From Eukaryota sp. GEM-RC1 (Eukaryota), in the NCBI GenBank assembly GCA_040285855.1, contig JAUFOQ010000016.1, forward strand, positions 1,240,001 to 1,304,000: DNA of 64,000 bases, written 5' to 3'. The notes beneath the pieces are model-generated. The model saw only the letters and a list, made by a program, of their open reading frames with translations, did not search any database and was not told where the DNA came from. Position 1 is the stretch's first letter. The number at the start of each line of letters is the position of its first letter. Below are positions 62,015 to 64,000 of this stretch, piece after piece. A program made the position numbers and the translations under genes.

Positions 62015-64000
62015 GTTTGGTTTGTTTTGTAATGAACTCTTTGTATTTGTCAGGTCTTGTTTGATTATTGTTATGTAACACCATTGCTTGTAATTATTTC
62101 TGTATGTCTAAATATAAACCTTTCTTGGCGTTCAGCAATAATTTATCAACTCTAGTCGTTGTTTAATCATATACAGTATATTCTTTTTTAGAAAAGAGAT
62201 GTTGGACTCGTTGTTCTAGGGTCTGGGAATAAATATTTGTATTTAATATTTAAACTAAATATGGATATTTACGGAAACCGGCTATTGATGGAGGGTACAA
62301 AAATACATATCATAGTTAAAAAAAGTAAAAACAAATACATATCATATTAAAAGGAAATTATGTGAAAATGTGTTGTTCGCTAACTATTGGAAAAAATCCC
62401 TTTGGTTTGACCACATTCTCGTTGAATAGATCACTGTGTCTACACTAAAATAATTCCTTCTTAACACTGAAACCTGTCTGGAATGTACACACAAAACCTG
62501 CAGAGGTAGACTTAGAACGTGTTAGATTACGTTTTTGAAGTGTTGTGTTTTTCAAGAGGATAAGGGTACCAGTTTATGAACAGAAAATAAAGGATAAAGG
62601 ATAAAAGTGAAAAAATGGTGTTAACTTGGGGCGGTAACATTGTGAAGTGTGGTGACTTCCTTATTTCCATTGAATAAATAATATAAATAAATGCAATTAT
62701 TTATTTCCGCCAATATGCAATAACTCATATTGATTTAAGAGTTCTCTTCGATATTGTATTTCAATGTTTTTTCCTGACCTCTACTCTGTACAGTACAAAC
62801 GACGTGAAAACAATTTATTGGGCTTGCAAGATTTTGATATGTGTAATAGTTGTTTTTGATTGCAACAAATTTTCCAATGATTGTCCATTAACAATACACT
62901 GGCAATAATGCTTTGTTAAGAAATGCCCATTTTTTAGTCATTAACTTATTCAGAATGCTTAAAGACAGTTTATTGATGGAGGGGTACAAAAATACATGTC
63001 ATAATAAAAGCTGTGAAACACTAGACACCGAAAATTCCTGGTCAACAGTACCACAGTTTTTATACAACATTGTGGATATTGATTTAAAAATATTAGGCAT
63101 CATTTTTCAAAATCGACTTCACCAACACCCTTTGAAGCAGTACTTTCCTTCATTATTAAGGCTGTTCAAAAGACAGGATATGATCATCAGAACGTGGGTC
63201 AGGTTGCCTCACATTGGGTCTCGGGCTATGTCAAGGTATATCAGATTCGGTCTTCTCTGCTCAATGTCTGTGCTCTAGTTCAAAATTATGAAAGATTGAC
63301 ATCATACACTAGCTAAATATTCTGAGATGTGTGGTTTATACTATCTTGTAGAGGTGTGAATGACACAGTTTACAAGTTTACGATGATCAAGCTCTTGTCT
63401 GTCTGAGTGCAGGGTTAGAATTTGGTTTTGAATTGAAAGATATAAAAAGTAGTTATTTTACTATTTTGCTTTTAACTATTTATTCTAAATGTAATAGAAA
63501 AAGCAACTAAAATTTGATATCGTTAAAAGAACACCCTTGCTATAAAATTTTACAACAGCTTTGTCCACTTAGAAGGAACTCACAGCTATTACAGCTCTGG
63601 AGATGATTAGGGGAATTGTTTTTCCCACTGTTTTTCCACCCAACGTTTTTGAAAATAAGGTAAAAACAATGCGATTGATCCATAACATATGATCAAAACG
63701 TTTGTTCATCCTATTTTTTAAACTTATTTCCGAAATTGTATAAATAATTCAATGCACTTTGACCAAAGCGACCATAGATTGATACAGCAAAAGCGCATAA
63801 TTTAGAGCATCAATGATTCTTTGTCCTTAACCTGTTTGGCTTGTTCAGAAATGTCTAAAGGGGAAGTTTCAGAGTAAACATTCTTTAAGGATGTCATTTT
63901 ACAAACATCCACAGACACTACATCGAATCCATAGTTATCTTTCGAATAATTTTTCTTGTGTATATACATATTAATTCTGAATGCCATATGGACAATTCCA

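Noticed and set aside
2523..63987. Numerous short antisense or overlapping ORFs in the track
   Set aside because: Shadows of real genes or AT-rich transposon remnants with no recognisable motifs; the 62.1-64 kb tail could not be assigned

Overview
AT-rich, gene-dense window from a eukaryotic (protist-like) genome, with tiny spliceosomal introns (27-33 nt) and very short intergenic spacers. Host genes include SMPD4-like, an EGF-repeat type I membrane protein, RTEL1, DMC1, PRP28/DDX23, a Rab4/14-group GTPase, Rab7, BPNT1, roadblock dynein light chain, CTR9, TMCO1, ataxin-3, a cyclophilin, TRM61 and TBCB. Many host genes carry 1-2 nt frame breaks at short base runs, which are probably assembly indels. 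Intergenic space holds nested mobile DNA: seven hAT-type elements with 8-bp TSDs, three TA-flanked Tc1/mariner-type MITEs, one MULE-type element, one RLE-type non-LTR retrotransposon plus fragments, and a 958-bp gag-only LTR element. The most unusual locus is ~45.4-50.5 kb. There a 2A 'StopGo' motif (DVESNPGP) precedes a PolB-like DEDDy 3'-5' exonuclease that runs directly into a Fanzor1 (TnpB-derived RuvC nuclease), followed by a hairpin-rich candidate omegaRNA. A MITE interrupts the exonuclease, and removing it restores the frame. Family assignments come from motif recognition by eye, not database searches.
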